Assembly (NCBI RefSeq): GCF_018977255.1
Contig: NW_024704742.1
Coordinates: 83,392,001-83,456,000 of the forward strand
Direction: 5' to 3'
Source of the DNA: Callorhinchus milii
Taxonomy: Eukaryota
Length of the DNA stretch: 64,000 nucleotides
Both the position numbers and the translations under genes were made by a program. A model generated the notes under the pieces. It was not told where the DNA came from. It did no database searches and worked only from the letters and a program-made list of their open reading frames with translations. This document shows, in pieces, positions 24,291 to 37,604 of this stretch. Numbering within the stretch: position 1 is the stretch's first letter; every line of letters begins with the position of its first letter.

Positions 24291-27249
24291 CGCTTTCAAT
24301 CAATCCCTTTAGATTTTTAAATCAACAATTTGATTTACACGACATGTTACGTTTCCACCAACTTTTAGTTTGCGTCATTACTGCTTTAGAATTTTCACCA
24401 GCACTCTCCAGTTCTGTTGATTACTTTGATTACTTTTATGACCCTTCTTTCATTGTATTCTTTGGATCACTGTGGATCAACTTTTTAAAATTATATTCAC
24501 AAGTATTCACACTGCTGTTCAACAATTCAAGAGTATGTTTTTCATTCTAATTTGTGTTCCTATACAAAACCTCCTTTGCAATCTTCACTTATACCCTTCT
24601 CCCAGTAATGGTCATTTTATGAAAGCTGAATTAATCAACAGTGGTATCATGGGATAATTTGACATGTCTCCCTCTTAAGCAAATGTTCATATTAATTCAT
24701 TTTTACAAAATTACAGTCTCCATTTTATTTAACACTGACATGGCCAAGGCTGGACAACCAAACCTCCTATAACCAGACTATTACTACAAACAATTCTAGT
24801 GCCAAAAAAAGCAGTCAACATCATATCAAAGTAAATCTAAATGGAACAAAACGGTTCTATAAATAAAATATCTCCTAATCAGGAAACTTGGTGGTGAATA
24901 AACTTCTACAGCAATTATGTCCTAGAGAAACAAAATTCACATACAATTTTAGGCACAATATGCAAACTTTTTCCACAAACTGTGAAAGTGCTACCTCCAG
25001 GAGCAATTGGTAACTAAACCACATGCCCCTTGTGGATGTCAATGCTCTGTGATTTCCTCTACTGATTCAATCATTCTCCTGGGCAGCTGTTCGCACCACT
25101 ATCGGAGGAACAATACAAACAATATCACCAGACTGATCACAGTGATGCCAGATGTCCACAGATAAGAGGGTATGCACAGAGGCATGGAAGTAAGGGGAAA
25201 AGTAGTTGTTACAGACAGCCCAGGGGAGGCAGATAATCTAAAGCATGAATGTAATAATATGCCAGACTTGGTTAATGTACGGTGAATCACACTGCTAGAT
25301 CTCACACAACACAAACAAGACAAACTCTTGCTCAACCAATAATACTTACATTAGTTGAAATTTGATGACATAGGAGGTCCACAGTTATCTCAAATCATTC
25401 CTCGATTAACCATCCAACCCATCTTGTTAACTTTCCGGGTCTCCCTCCCTCTGGGACCACAACTCTGTCCTTGTTAGTGAGCTGAAGCTTCCAATCTTTA
25501 TTGATTCAGTTTGCTTATGGCTGAGCTAAGAATAAAGGTTTCAACACCCCTAAAAAAAACAACTTTGGAAACAGGAAAGGTGGTTGATTTGCCAGGAAAG
25601 GTGGCTGTGTCCAGGACACTGAACGTGTTTAAGCAGCTTGATGCTGTGACAGAAGGACAATAGAGGGTGGGTATTCTGGATGAATTAGATCAGATGGGCC
25701 AAAAGGCCTTCTTCATCAAAACTGATCTTGTGACCACAAAGACAGTTCTCAGAGACCATAATCATAGCATATTAGGGACCATATCATCTCAGCCAAGAAT
25801 CATAAAGCGTTCTGGAGATATAAGCAAAGGATGAGTCGCAGAAACACAATACAAGAGAAAACTTTACTTTTTCTTTCTTTCAAACTACACTGTTATTCCT
25901 TTTGGGTTTAACAGTGTTTTTCCCTCAGGTATACGTTTTAAATGTGTCTGCATCTGGGTAATACAAAGTGCTATTCAGAAGGTTCAGTAAAGGGGCAATT
26001 TATACGTGACTTTGTATATCAGTCATCATTTGGTGTAAATTCCTTTTCAAAATAATGTTTCTTACATACAGTACACTTGTTCTATTGCTTGGTTCACTTG
26101 TCAAATACAAATTAGAGGCTCTCTGAAGCCTAAGGCCCTTTCAGCAACTCTAATACCATTTTCTGACTCAATCGTTTCTCTGAGTGAAAAGACTGCAATT
26201 TTAAATTTAGAAATCGCCAGAAGTAGCAAAAAATCTCGTAAACTGCAGACTTCTTATATATGAAACCCATTCTAGAGATACACGTGTTCAATACTTTTTA
26301 AAAGGTAATTTTGAAATGGTACCTCACCAGTCACCCACCTCATGAGAATCATCTTAAAATAATGATCTTTTAATGAGCAATTGACATAGAAGAATACTTT
26401 TTAAATTAAAATGTTCACATCTGTTAATGCCCGTAAAGACATAGTTAAGCAAAAAACACACAAAAAAACTTTCAAAATAGCTCAGGAGTAACTTATAGTG
26501 AAACCATAATTGAAATGACAAAGAGCCAAATTGTTAAACCAATAAAATATCCTAGTTCATAATTATCTGTTTCACAATAAAGGTTAGCTTAAATAATGCT
26601 CCTTAATTTACCAATTCAATGTCACATCATACATCACACAGCAAGAACTGACTGCACATAAACGAGCATAATTTTAGTAATAAAAATTAATCTACTGCTT
26701 TCAGATTTAAAACTCATGCACAGAGTTATTCATTTCTAAAAAGCATCATCATTATCAAGGCAAACAAAGTTTTGAAGACTTGCCTTAAGTTTGTTTTGTA
26801 GGTTTTCCAATGATTAGTTAGATACAACAATGCAAAGATGTTTTAAAAATCTACAAAATTTGAAGTAAAAGATGTTCCAATTATTAATCGCCGTAGTGCA
26901 AGACAGTAAATTTAGGCTGGTGCTCAGTGTTGATTAAAGAAACAATGGTGTGATCTGAGAAGTCAAAAATGGTTGTGTATAGTACACCTTTAAGTCACCG
27001 CAAAACGGAATAGTTCAAATCTATCTAAAAATGTTACCCAGACAGGTAGGTGTGAGACACTCTCCCTTTCCCTTAACAGCAGCAAAAATGTAGTTCAGTA
27101 AATATAATGGAATAGCGTAAGAGATCAAACTCTAAAGTATACAAATTATGCTTCCATCACATAAGATATTCTGAGCCATTCTTGTTCTGTGAAAGTATAA
27201 AGGTGAAACGCAACTGTGATAATTACAAACATTGTAAGAAATATTTTTA

Positions 27250-27499
27250 AGTGGTTAGAGCACTCGCCTCGCAAGCGAGGGATCTGGGTTTGATTCCCGG
27301 CAGGGCAAAAGGTTGGGCAAGTTTCTTTACTCCACACGTCCCTGTTTACCCAGCAGTAGGAAGAAACCCGATTTTTAGGCGATTGGCGGATTTGAAGGCG
27401 GGGGTAATTCCTTCAAAAAAAATAGATTGGTCACTTCAATCCATGACTGTTTGTGGGACACTGCTGTGCGCAATTGACTGCTGCATTTCGCCCACAAAT
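27250..27499 (+). mobile_element. Long-middle SINE, tail missing, abutting an inverted young SINE
   Basis: agtggttagagcactcgcctcgcaagcgag head, long middle, stops at cccacaaat before (AAT)n. Confidence 0.82.
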
Positions 27500-28135
27500 A
27501 ATAATAATAATAATAATAATAATCCTTGCATTTGATATAGCGCTTTTCACGTCAGGAGGACGTCCCAAAGCGCTTCACAAAACACACTGTAAAGTGAATT
27601 GACTGTATATTTGTGGGCGAACGCGGCAGCCAATTGCGCACAGCAATGTCCCACAAACAGTCGTAGATTGAAAATGACCAATTTATTATTGTTTTGTTTT
27701 TTTGGAGGGATTATTATTTATATTATTATATATTATTCCATCTATAGAGCGGCTTTCACTTCGGGAGGACGTCCCAAGGCGCTGTACCCGAGCTTTGGGG
27801 GGAAATGGTCAGGGGGAGGGAAGGGAGGGAGCGAGGAGGGGGGAAATGGTCAGGGTGAGGGGAGGGAAGGGAGGGAGCGAGGAGGGGGTAGAGAGTTGAG
27901 AGGGGAGCTGAAGGCTCGGTCAAAGAGAAAGGTCTTGAGACCGGCCTTGAAGGAGGAAAGGGAGGAGGCGGCGAAGGCACTGGGGGATGGAGTTCCAGAG
28001 CCTCGGGGCTGAAGGCCCGGCCACCGATGGTAGGGCGGTTGGGGCGGGGGATGTAGAGGAGACCGGAGCCAGAGGGATTGGTTTTGGAGGGATTATTATT
28101 AGGCGTGTGGAGTAAGGAAACTTGCCCAAGGTTTC
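27499..28135 (-). mobile_element. Young SINE (tRNA head lost) split by an L2 insertion
   Basis: 3' module at 27499-27718; 5' remainder at 28082-28135. Confidence 0.85.
27719..28081 (-). mobile_element. L2 3' end nested in the SINE, with 19-bp flanking duplication
   Basis: PTIGGRAFS..LWNSIP peptide. TTTTGGAGGGATTATTATT at 27700-27718 and 28082-28100. Confidence 0.85.
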
Positions 28136-28315
28136 GGAATAGAATGCACACCCTCACTCCCTGAAGGGACTCAACCTGCTTACCTAATTCTGGAGAATAT
28201 CAGGCTGGTAAGAGCCAAGACTTGGGGACAGAGTATGCAAAGGAGGTTTAAATGCTGGAGTTTAACCAGCTAAAGCCGGATTGCTTACCATTGAAAGCAC
28301 TGACTGTGAAACTCA
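28136..28315 (-). repeat. Unassigned interspersed repeat, copy 3 (partial, diverged)
   Basis: ggaatagaatgcacacc..ccctgaaggga..cctgcttac.taattc...tgctggagt..ccagctaaa matches copies 1 and 2. Confidence 0.65.
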
Positions 28316-28984
28316 ATACATGACAAGACTGGTTGGAGATCCTGTTCTGTGCATTAAACCAAACTTCTACTCCTAACAGCAGCTCAGGTTAAATCACTAT
28401 CTGATTGTTTTGTAACCTTGCACGATCTGAGGAGTGGACTTCTTGCCATCCTACCTTTCCCAAGGTAGATCAGAAACCTGCTTCATCTGTCCATTCATTC
28501 ACTTTAATAATAATAAAATAATCCTAACATTTGATATAGTACTTTATATCAAATGCAAGGATTATTTTATTAAATAATATTTAACGCTGCAGAACTGTCT
28601 CAAAGTGCTTCACAGAACATAATGTAAAGTTCTGTATATAAAAATATACACAGTCACTTTAGTGAATTGAGACGTCTCGAAGACGTGATAATGTGCTATA
28701 TCAAATGCAAGGATTATTAGCAATAAGCATATCTAGCTGATTGTCTAAACAGTGTCTATTTGAGTATTTGACAAATCCTGGACAGTGTTGCTGCTAAACA
28801 ATTCTCTTCCTTTCCATCTTGTGAGATAAAGGAGATAGTTGAACATGCTAACAAAAATCTTCCTTCCCACTAATGTGAGATAGAGCTTCAAGAAATCATT
28901 TATAAAGGAGTCAGAAATGAGAAATATATTGACAGACATGTAATTTTACACGTGAACAAAACTATAGTATGATACAGTCCTGAA

Positions 28985-29200
28985 CATTGGGCTTCCGGTC
29001 TGCTCCATCTCCCTTTCCTGCTCGTCTCACCATCGGCGGTCAGCCCTTCAGCCTTTCTGCCCCACCCTTTGGAACTCCATCCCATAGTCTATTTGCTTTA
29101 CCCCTTCCCTTGCCTCCTTCAAGGCCTGTCTCAAGACTTTCCTCTTCAACGGTGGCATTGCCCATTGGTCACCCTCCTATAGCCAGATGCCTCCCAGGTT
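28985..29200 (+). mobile_element. L2 3' fragment
   Basis: LTIGGQPFS...ctttggaactccatccc...ccttcaaggcctgtctcaagac. Confidence 0.75.
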
Positions 29201-29226
29201 TGGTAAAATAAAATATGTTCTAGATG

Positions 29227-29426
29227 GTGGGGTGTAAATATCAGGGGATTTTGAATTAGCAAATCTGAAAAATCTCGGTCAGCCCTCTGGAACTCTGCTC
29301 AGACACCAATCTCAGTTTTGACTTCCAGGAAGTCAGTCTCCACACAGAGATCCAGAGTTTTGGTTGTGACACATCTCAGATTCACCAATTGCAAATATCT
29401 TTGGACTCCAGCAATTTGCACTCCAC
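29227..29426. mobile_element. Palindromic MITE-like element
   Basis: Nested inverted matches: GTGGGGTGTAAAT/ATTTGCACTCCAC, CTCTGGAACTCTG/CAGAGATCCAGAG, centre TGACTTCC-A-GGAAGTCA. Confidence 0.6.
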
Positions 29427-30039
29427 AACGTTCCATTGGCTGTTTAGAGAAAATGCTGTGAAGTGCTGAGGTGTTTCCATGTGATAATTGATAAGGTGGC
29501 TACATTAAATGTAAGGAGTATTATAATAAAAAGCACAATCAAGGAAGCTCAGTACTAAATTAAGAAAAATAATTTTAAGCTAAAGATACTCAAGTTAAAA
29601 TAAGGGCCATTCATATACGACTTCATACCTATTAGGGTAGAAGGGCAATGGTTAGAGGCCTGGGCTTGGGGCCAGACTCAAAACATCTTAAAAGATACTC
29701 CAATTCTATGTGAATCAATCGTTGTATCCAACTGAGATGACAAATTATCTCACAAAAAATACTGTCAGCTGCTCTGATAGGTCCCCCCTGCCCATTTTCC
29801 AGAGTAATTCCTGAGACTGATGGAAGGACATCAGCATTACTGCATTGAAAATCAAATGGTGTTGAATTACTGAAGTAAGACTTTAGTGTTCACAGATGTT
29901 CAAATTATACATATGAATTGCTGCCAGCATGTCCATTTCCACATGAAGCCAACTATCTGAATTGGAGCATTTACACATGAGGTTTGCTGAAAATCTTACA
30001 AAGCAGTTAAATTAAGTTGATACATTAGTGGATTTAATC

Positions 30040-30320
30040 AAGAGACAAACAGGGAGAGAGGGCCACACAGAGACAAAGAGTCAGAGAAACACAGAGGCAG
30101 ACAGAGACAACGGGTCAGAAAGAGACACAGAGTCAGACAGAGACAGACAGAGAGACACATAGACAGACACATAGTCAGACAGAGACACATAGTCAGACAG
30201 AGACACAGAGACAGACAGAGACACAGAGACAGATAGAGACACAGACAGGGACAGACAGGGACATGGGGACAGACAGAGAGAAACAGGGATATAGATCAGA
30301 AAGGCAGGCAGAAACATGAC
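30040..30320. repeat. Degenerate (AGAGAC/AGAC)n simple repeat
   Basis: Visible 6- and 18-bp periodicity (acacatagtcagacagag). Confidence 0.9.
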
Positions 30321-31282
30321 ACAAATGACTTCTGGAGTAACTTCTATTAAAATGACAAAAAATAATTAGTTGATCCAAATGATTTCTTGAATTAGTCATT
30401 AATAAAAGTAATTAATTTCCTGTTTATCAGATATGTGCTATGTACATATCTCCACAGAACTAAATGCACATTCCCAGACAAACATAAACTATTATTGTTA
30501 TCAAAGAAATCAAGCACATCTGTGCATAATCTTACCAATCCATTGCCTCAGGTTCATTATGGGAATCCATGAGAACAGATTGTAGCTGCACGTACTGCTT
30601 CCCCTCAATAGAGTATCGCCACTGACAACCTTGTAATTTGGTTTGCATAAATCATTCTTTTCCTCCCATCAGCACCACCATTTTATTTTAAATGGAAGGC
30701 TAAATGAATAGTAAGCAACAATGGCTGTAAAGCAGAACACAGCTGTCTAATGAATATTTAAATTGCGATGTCTCCAAATTTACAAGCACAAATCATATCG
30801 CATAGGTGGGTGTATTTTCAGCCGCTATCCACGACTGCTGTGTGCAACTGGCTGCCGCGTTTCACCCACAAAATATAGAGTAAATTCACTTTACAGTATA
30901 TTCTGTGAAGCACTTTGAGACGTCTCAAAGACACGATGAGGCGCAATACCAAATGCAAGGATTATCTGGAATTCCTTGCTTCAGTCACTCGGTTTGCCCA
31001 TTCATTGCCATCTTCGAATCACACACATATTCTATATCAATCTCACATATCAAACTCGCACCGTCTTTACTCACATTATTCTCTATCAAATGCTAATATT
31101 GTATATAATGAATCGTGCTCAATAGATATTAATTCCAAGGGCTATTTCACTTTTAAAAAACTCAGCACTGGTCTATGGTTGCATTACATACGTATTCTGG
31201 GAATTCTTCTTACAAGCAAAGTTCTCAAAAAGACATTACTACTATATATTTTTCCCCATTTGATAATACAACTGTCCTACAT

Positions 31283-31790
31283 AGGATCATAGAATCTAGA
31301 ATTATACAGAAGGAGGCCATTTGGCCCATAGTGTCTGTGCTGGCTCTTAGAAAAGAGCTATACAATTCAATCCCACTCCCCCGCTCTCTCCCCATAGCCC
31401 TGCAAACTTGTCCTCCCCAAATAATTATCTGCTTCTCTCTTAAAAGTTGTTATCGAATCGGCTTCCACCACCCTTTCAGGCAATGCATTCCAGATCCAAA
31501 CAACTCACTGAATGAAAACATTTCTCCTCACCTCCCCTCTGTTTCTTTTAACAACTATTTTAAATCGGTGTCCTCGGGTTACCGACCCACCTGCCAGTGG
31601 AAATAGTTTCTCCTTATTCATCCTATCAAATCCCCTAATAATTTTGAAGACTTCTATTAAGTCTCCTCTTAACCTTTTCTACTCCAGGAAGAATAATCCT
31701 ACCCTTTCTATCCTCTCCTGATAACTGAAGTCCCTCATTCCTGGTACCATCTTGGTAAATCTCCTTTGCACCCTCTCCAATGCCTTGACA
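31283..31790 (-). mobile_element. CR1 LINE 3' end
   Basis: Plus strand starts catagaatc...ggaggccatttggccc (reverse of the CR1 tail); reverse strand has a RRLRGDL-like segment. Confidence 0.82.
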
Positions 31791-32909
31791 TGAAGAATAA
31801 ACTTTCTTAGAGTGACGACAATCCAATAGGATTGTCTAGCTTAGGTAAGATGGCTATTTTTCATTCAACTCCTTCATTTTCACCCGTCCTTCTGTTGAAT
31901 CTCGTAAATAAATCAAATAACCAGTTTGAATGGATATGAAGACTGTTTTGCAGTAGCAACATTTCCAAGTGACTGAAGCCTTTGCATTGTATTAGAGTGC
32001 CTCCACGAGCCATGAATGATTCAAAATAAATGGAAGGAAAAAGTTGCCTCATTTGGTAGACACTGATGAAATTTTAAATTTCAGCTGCTCTTTCCACAAG
32101 CAAGGTTGCAAATGAACAACTTATTGTTGCTGTATTGTTTGTGTGGGCGCGGGGGATTTGCTTGGTCTATCACAATTGCTAAGGACATTTTGGTAAACTG
32201 TTTAACAACTTCTCTGCAAAATTATTTTTAAGAAATGGAGCCGAAAATGTCCCCATTCATTTTTTAATTAAATTTGATAGTTTAAATTAAAATAGTTTGA
32301 ATGCAATCTGTGTTTGGATCTGTTTACATTCTGATTGTGCTTTTATTTTAATAAACTGTTACTAAATTGAAATCCCCAGAAAACTGAATCACTGAGCTAT
32401 TGGGAACCCTTAATTTTTTATTTTAATAATAAAAAATCCTTACATTCAATATAGCGCCTTATCACATCATTGAGACATCTCAAAGCAATTCACAGAATAT
32501 AATGTACAGTGGATTCACTGTGTATTTTTTTGCAAATTATTTTGGGATTGCATTTGTCTTCGGGGAACTGAAAGGAAATGTGCAGATGAGTAATCTTCAT
32601 TGCTCTTTTTGCACTGTGTCCTTTCACTTCAACCGAAAATTTGGTCACCCTCCTACCCTTACCCTTCCTGTACTTCACCCCTCCTGATCCCAATCCCCTG
32701 CTCAGGTCCAAATCCCTTACTGTGCAGTATGTTGGAACATCCTCCCGACATGAAAGGTGCCATAAAATGTAATTTGTTGATGTTCCTGTCCTGGGTACCT
32801 ACTTTAATCATAGAATAGACAACTCTACAAAGGAAGTACATTTCATGTTTACGGTTCATGACCATGTAACAAAATTCATTTTGAATGGAATACTAAGGAG
32901 GAAAAAAAA

Positions 32910-33007
32910 TCTGTTGAAGGGTCACAATTGAAAAACTAACCGTCGTTTTCTGTTTCAGATGTTGATCGATGTGCTATGCCTGAGCAGCTTTATTTGTTTT
33001 CATTTCA
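32910..33007 (+). mobile_element. Highly decayed Penelope-like terminal fragment
   Basis: ctgttgaagggtca...gaaaa...ttttctgtttcagatgttg...cagcttt..tgttttcatttca loosely follows 25-137. Confidence 0.4.
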
Positions 33008-33054
33008 TCATTTGAAACTGAAATCTGACTTAAGGTCCAATGTACCAAGAAGAT

Positions 33055-33330
33055 ACAACAGCAACAATAACAACAAATTACATTTGTATTGTGCCTTTCA
33101 CATCAAGAAGACGTCCCAAGGTGCTGGACAGTCAGGGATTTACCCCGAGCTGGGGGGATCAGAAGGGGTGGAGGGCAGGGACGGTAGGGGTAGGAGAGTG
33201 ACTGTAGGCACATTCAAAGAGGAGGATCTTGAGATGGGCCTTGAAGGAGGCAAAGGAGGGAGCGAGGCGAAGGTATAATGAGATGGGAGTTCCAAAGAGT
33301 GGGGGTAGTGAGGCTGAAGGCATGACTGCT
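33055..33330 (-). mobile_element. L2 3' end
   Basis: (CAA)n tail, gacgtcccaaggtgctggaca, FASFKAHLK peptide. Confidence 0.8.
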
Positions 33331-34781
33331 GATGCTTTGTTGTAAGGCATATCAAACAGTAATGTGGGGATTATTCCATGTGGCTGCTTTATAGATTGAT
33401 TCTTCAATCTCGCATTCCTAATATTCTGACACAAGAGCAAGTCATGTTAACATTTTAAGAATGAAAAACTAGAGGTCACAGACTGAAAAGTACTCAAAGG
33501 GAGTGGCAATAACTTTGCAAAGAATGAAATTAAAATGCCATGTTGGGATCAAAGTAAGGATCTAATCTCCGAGTCACCCTTCATGAATCTAAAATATTGA
33601 AGAATCTTCTGCAATTTTACTGTCTACATAGAGTGAAAAGATAGTCGCTGCACAAACTAATCAAGAAGCAATTTTAGATAAAGTCACAGGGATATTATAG
33701 AGGAAAGTGTGAAACTGATCTTGACACCACAGAGAAAATATTAGTCCACTTTGTAATGTATGCCTTTCAAGTACAAACATGGTTTGCTGGTTTCCTGTTT
33801 GTTACCTCATGATGATTACAGGCCTTTCAAGTCTGTTTCTTTCAAGAGCCGCATTTAAGTGCAGGTTTTTGGTGGGAAACAAGGCAGATCTGCCTATTAA
33901 TCTGAGACAACACATCCAGATTACGAGAAAGGTACAAATTAGTCAAGTTCAGCAAATTAGTGAACCATAATTTCCTTAGTCAATAAGGTTATTAGAATTA
34001 ACATTGGTCTCTCTTTTGTAGAAATGTCATAATCAAAGGAAATTCACAAGCAAACATTCCATACCTAAAACTCTATCAAAGGTGGTCCCTTTGACCTGCT
34101 GAAAAATTCATTCAGCTTCTTGTTCTGGAAGATTCCTTTTCCTTGACAGCTCTATGTTCAGATTAGTCTTCAAACACTCAAATAACTGCGGAAAACCAGC
34201 TTCCAAACTAAGATGAAATTTAAAAATACATCCAAAGCTCTACACAATGATAATTTTTACGATAATGGTCTTAAGGCTAAGAAATTTCACTTGTGATGGT
34301 CAGGAAATTGTCCTTACTAAGGGAGTGTCCTGCCACATTCTAACCTGTTGCTGGTTTTGTTCAGAGCCTCACTGTTGTTATATCTGTGACTGGCTGTAGA
34401 TCTAGCACTGATATATAGAAGTGTAAGACGCGGCTTCAAACAACAGTCAATCCATTAGTCTGCAACTCATTCTGTGCTGGATTCCTGGATCTTGGGATGG
34501 GTGACCTATCCTGGTAAAAGCCACAGAGCTCCAGTAAGATACACTGTGAAGGTTGGTCAACCCAATGTGTAAGAGCCATTTTTAAAATTGAACACCTGCT
34601 TTAACTTTGGAGGGAAAGCATCTTAGAAGATAGTCGCTCCTTACTGATCCCAAATTGCCACTCTGAGGTAAAGATGAGGCTTCCAAAAACAAGATGTCTG
34701 CATTGGCTTGATTTCCTACAGAGGTTTACCCCTAATGTTTGACACTGTTTAGTCTTCAGTTTAAATGGCTTATTTTTATAG

Positions 34782-35222
34782 ACATCACTCCAGTCTTTGC
34801 CAGGCTCCACTGGCTCCCAATTACCGAACGGATTGATTTTAACATCTTGTCATTCGTTTTCAAATCCCTTCATGTCCCTGCACCCTCTCTACATATCCAA
34901 ATTGCTTACCCCCCACACCAGCACCCGCTGCCACCGCTCGGCTGGCTCCGGCCTCCTGATTGTCCCTCGTGCATTCCCCTCCACCATCAGTGGCCGTACC
35001 TTCAGCCACTACACCCCGAAACTTTCTCCCTCAATCCCTCCGCCTTGCCCCCACCCTGCCCAGTTTCAAATCCCGCCTAAAAACCTTCATTTTTGGCTAT
35101 GCTTATGGTCACCTCCCGCCTCCCTCTCCCCCTGGCCCGGGGTCAGACTCCGCTACTGTCAAGCGCTCCAGGATTCTACCCCACAAGAAGAACACCATAT
35201 AAATTCAGTTGATGTTATTGTA
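34782..35222 (+). mobile_element. L2 3' fragment
   Basis: ITPVFARLHWLPITERIDF...SGRTFSHY...FKSRLKTF; same subfamily as 338-972. Confidence 0.85.
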
Positions 35223-35874
35223 TTGCAGATAAAACATAACTTTTTTTAAACATACTCTTCCAAAAAATGGTTGAATTGTAATGGCGTCCTTTGGAGGCCC
35301 TGGGACACTCAGCCTGACTCTGGATGGCATAAGAATGGTAAGTCACAAAGGTTTGAATACTTGTCCACCATCCACACAAACATACTTAAGATAACAATAC
35401 AAGCAGCTCTTACAGCAAGCCTCTTTCACCAAAGTATTGCTGTAGGTAATTGATCAAAAAGACGCACTAACGAGAGCTCAATTTTCAAACCACACCACGA
35501 ACAATAAAAGCTTCAACAGTTACATTTATATAGCATCTTTTATCCAAAAGAAGATCTCAAAATGATTCACAGAGTGAGCATAATTTGAAATGAAATGAAT
35601 GCTGTTACAAGAATACATGTGGTATCTAATTTATGTCAACAATGTTCTACAAACAACACCTTCCTTCTTTGAAAAAAGATCAATCTCCAGATAAAAAGAA
35701 TGTTTTCCTTCACATAAATTAAACAAATGATAAAGAATATCTGTTTGCAATGTGTGACAGAATATATTTAGGGATTTTTGTATTGAAATCTATCTGGAAT
35801 TCTCGTGAGGAGAATGGGCTGAGGAGAGCTTTGTGCATCAGCAACTAACGTTATTGAAGGGTCCGTGTGCTATT

Positions 35875-36085
35875 TAATAATAATAATAATAATAATCCTT
35901 GCATTTGATATAGCGCTTTTCACGTCTTCTAGACATCTCAAAGCGCTTCACAGAATATACTGTAAAGTGAATTGACTGTATATTTGTGGGCGAACGCGGC
36001 AGCCAATTGCGCACAGCAATGTCCCACAAACAGTCGTAGATTGAAAATGACCAATTTATTATTGTTTTAGTTTTTGGAGGGATTC
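35875..36085 (-). mobile_element. Young SINE, 3' module only (no head)
   Basis: Similarity stops at AATCCCTCC (minus strand), next to a (TTA/TTC) simple repeat. Confidence 0.88.
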
Positions 36086-36629
36086 TTATTCTTATTATTA
36101 ATTCTTATGTTCTTATAAAATCACATCCAAACTCTTGGGATTGAGAAAACACCAAGCCCTCATTAGCGACTGGAGTCAGTCTCTCTTCCCTCCACAAATC
36201 AAGAACTGTAAATACAGTAAACTCCCCTGACTAATTTCCAGATCGCACAATTATTTTCTTTTAAGCACTGAGGTTGCTGTTATATTTGTATTGCTGATCA
36301 GGTTTAGAGTTCAATCGATTGGATTACAGAGTCGTGCTTCATACTGTACAAGCTGAAACAACTGCTTTAGTTGAATGCCTCAAGCTTTTCTTCAAGAATC
36401 TGCATCCGAAAAGACAACAGGAGCCTCCAGTAAAGTGTCCAATTAGTCCCTGGCTCAAGAGCTCTTCTGAGGAAGCTTCACGGTCACAGTTTTTATTTCT
36501 GTGTAAGCCTGTAATGCGTCCTCTCCAAGCTCCTTTGAGAACTTTTAAAAATTGTACCCCCTAACATTTTGCTTTTAAGGGATCATTTTTGAGGTTGAAT
36601 CAATTCCAATATTATGATTCTACTCTAGT

Positions 36630-36810
36630 TAATAATAATCCTTGCATTTAATATAGTGTTTTATCAAGTCATTGCAAAGTCTCAAAGCGCTTCACAGAAT
36701 ATATTGTAAAGTGAATTGACTGCATATTTTGTGGGTGAAATGTGGCAGCCAATTGCGCACAGCAGTGTCCCACAAACAGTCATGGATTGAGTGACCAAAT
36801 TATTATTATT
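36630..36810 (-). mobile_element. SINE 3' half, older subfamily
   Basis: aatccttgcattt...aagcgcttcacagaat...cagcagtgtcccacaaacag. Confidence 0.8.
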
Positions 36811-37604
36811 TTTTACTACTTGACCAAATTATTATTATTCAGTACTATTTCATGAATCGATTACCAGCATTCTCTCTCCCTCCTCCATCACGATTCTCCG
36901 TGCTGGCAGCTGGTCTCAAGTGGAAACTATTTTGCAATTATTTGTCTCAAGTTTGATTTGTACTGGATTTTATTTGTGGAAAATCTGAACCAGACACCAA
37001 AAGCCATTCCAGTATCCTTTACAAAAATTGCTTGCAAATTCGGTTGAAATTCAGTCTAATCAGAAATGAAGCGTGATTTTCCTAAAGCAGCATCTATTGA
37101 CTCACAAACAGAAAATGAGGCAGTTTGAAGCATGCTAATTTACAAAAAAAATTCATAATTTCTACATCAAGCTTGAAAGAAGAACATTTTAGCTAAGATG
37201 TCTGATTACTACTAATAATAATATTTACTATTATTAACATTAATAATATTTATTATTATTATTGATTACTAAGCTAAGCTAACAAATTAGTAGTCAAGCA
37301 CTATAGTGCTCACTCTGGAACATCAACTACAATGTAGTCAGCTCTGAAAGGAGCTCAGAGTATGACAGGAAAAACAATCGTGATTTAATCTTTAGTTTTC
37401 CTGGCATTAATTGGGGAGCGCGCAATACTGTTAAATCATGATTATTTTTATAACCAAGTAATTAATGAGGCAAATATTACATTTGGTTAAAAACTGGTGA
37501 GTAACATAAAACCTGTTGACACTAAGAGAGGGTTTTTATTTTAAAAACAAAATATCACAGAAAGAGTAGAGTATATACATAAAACATTCTGTCAGGGGAT
37601 CAGG

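Noticed and set aside
30081..30399. Ser/Val/Leu/Cys-rich ORFs
   Set aside because: Translations of a simple repeat.
31861..32052. RGGTLIQC peptide resembling KDM4 motifs
   Set aside because: Short chance similarity; the true LRGGAL exon is at 47037-47092.
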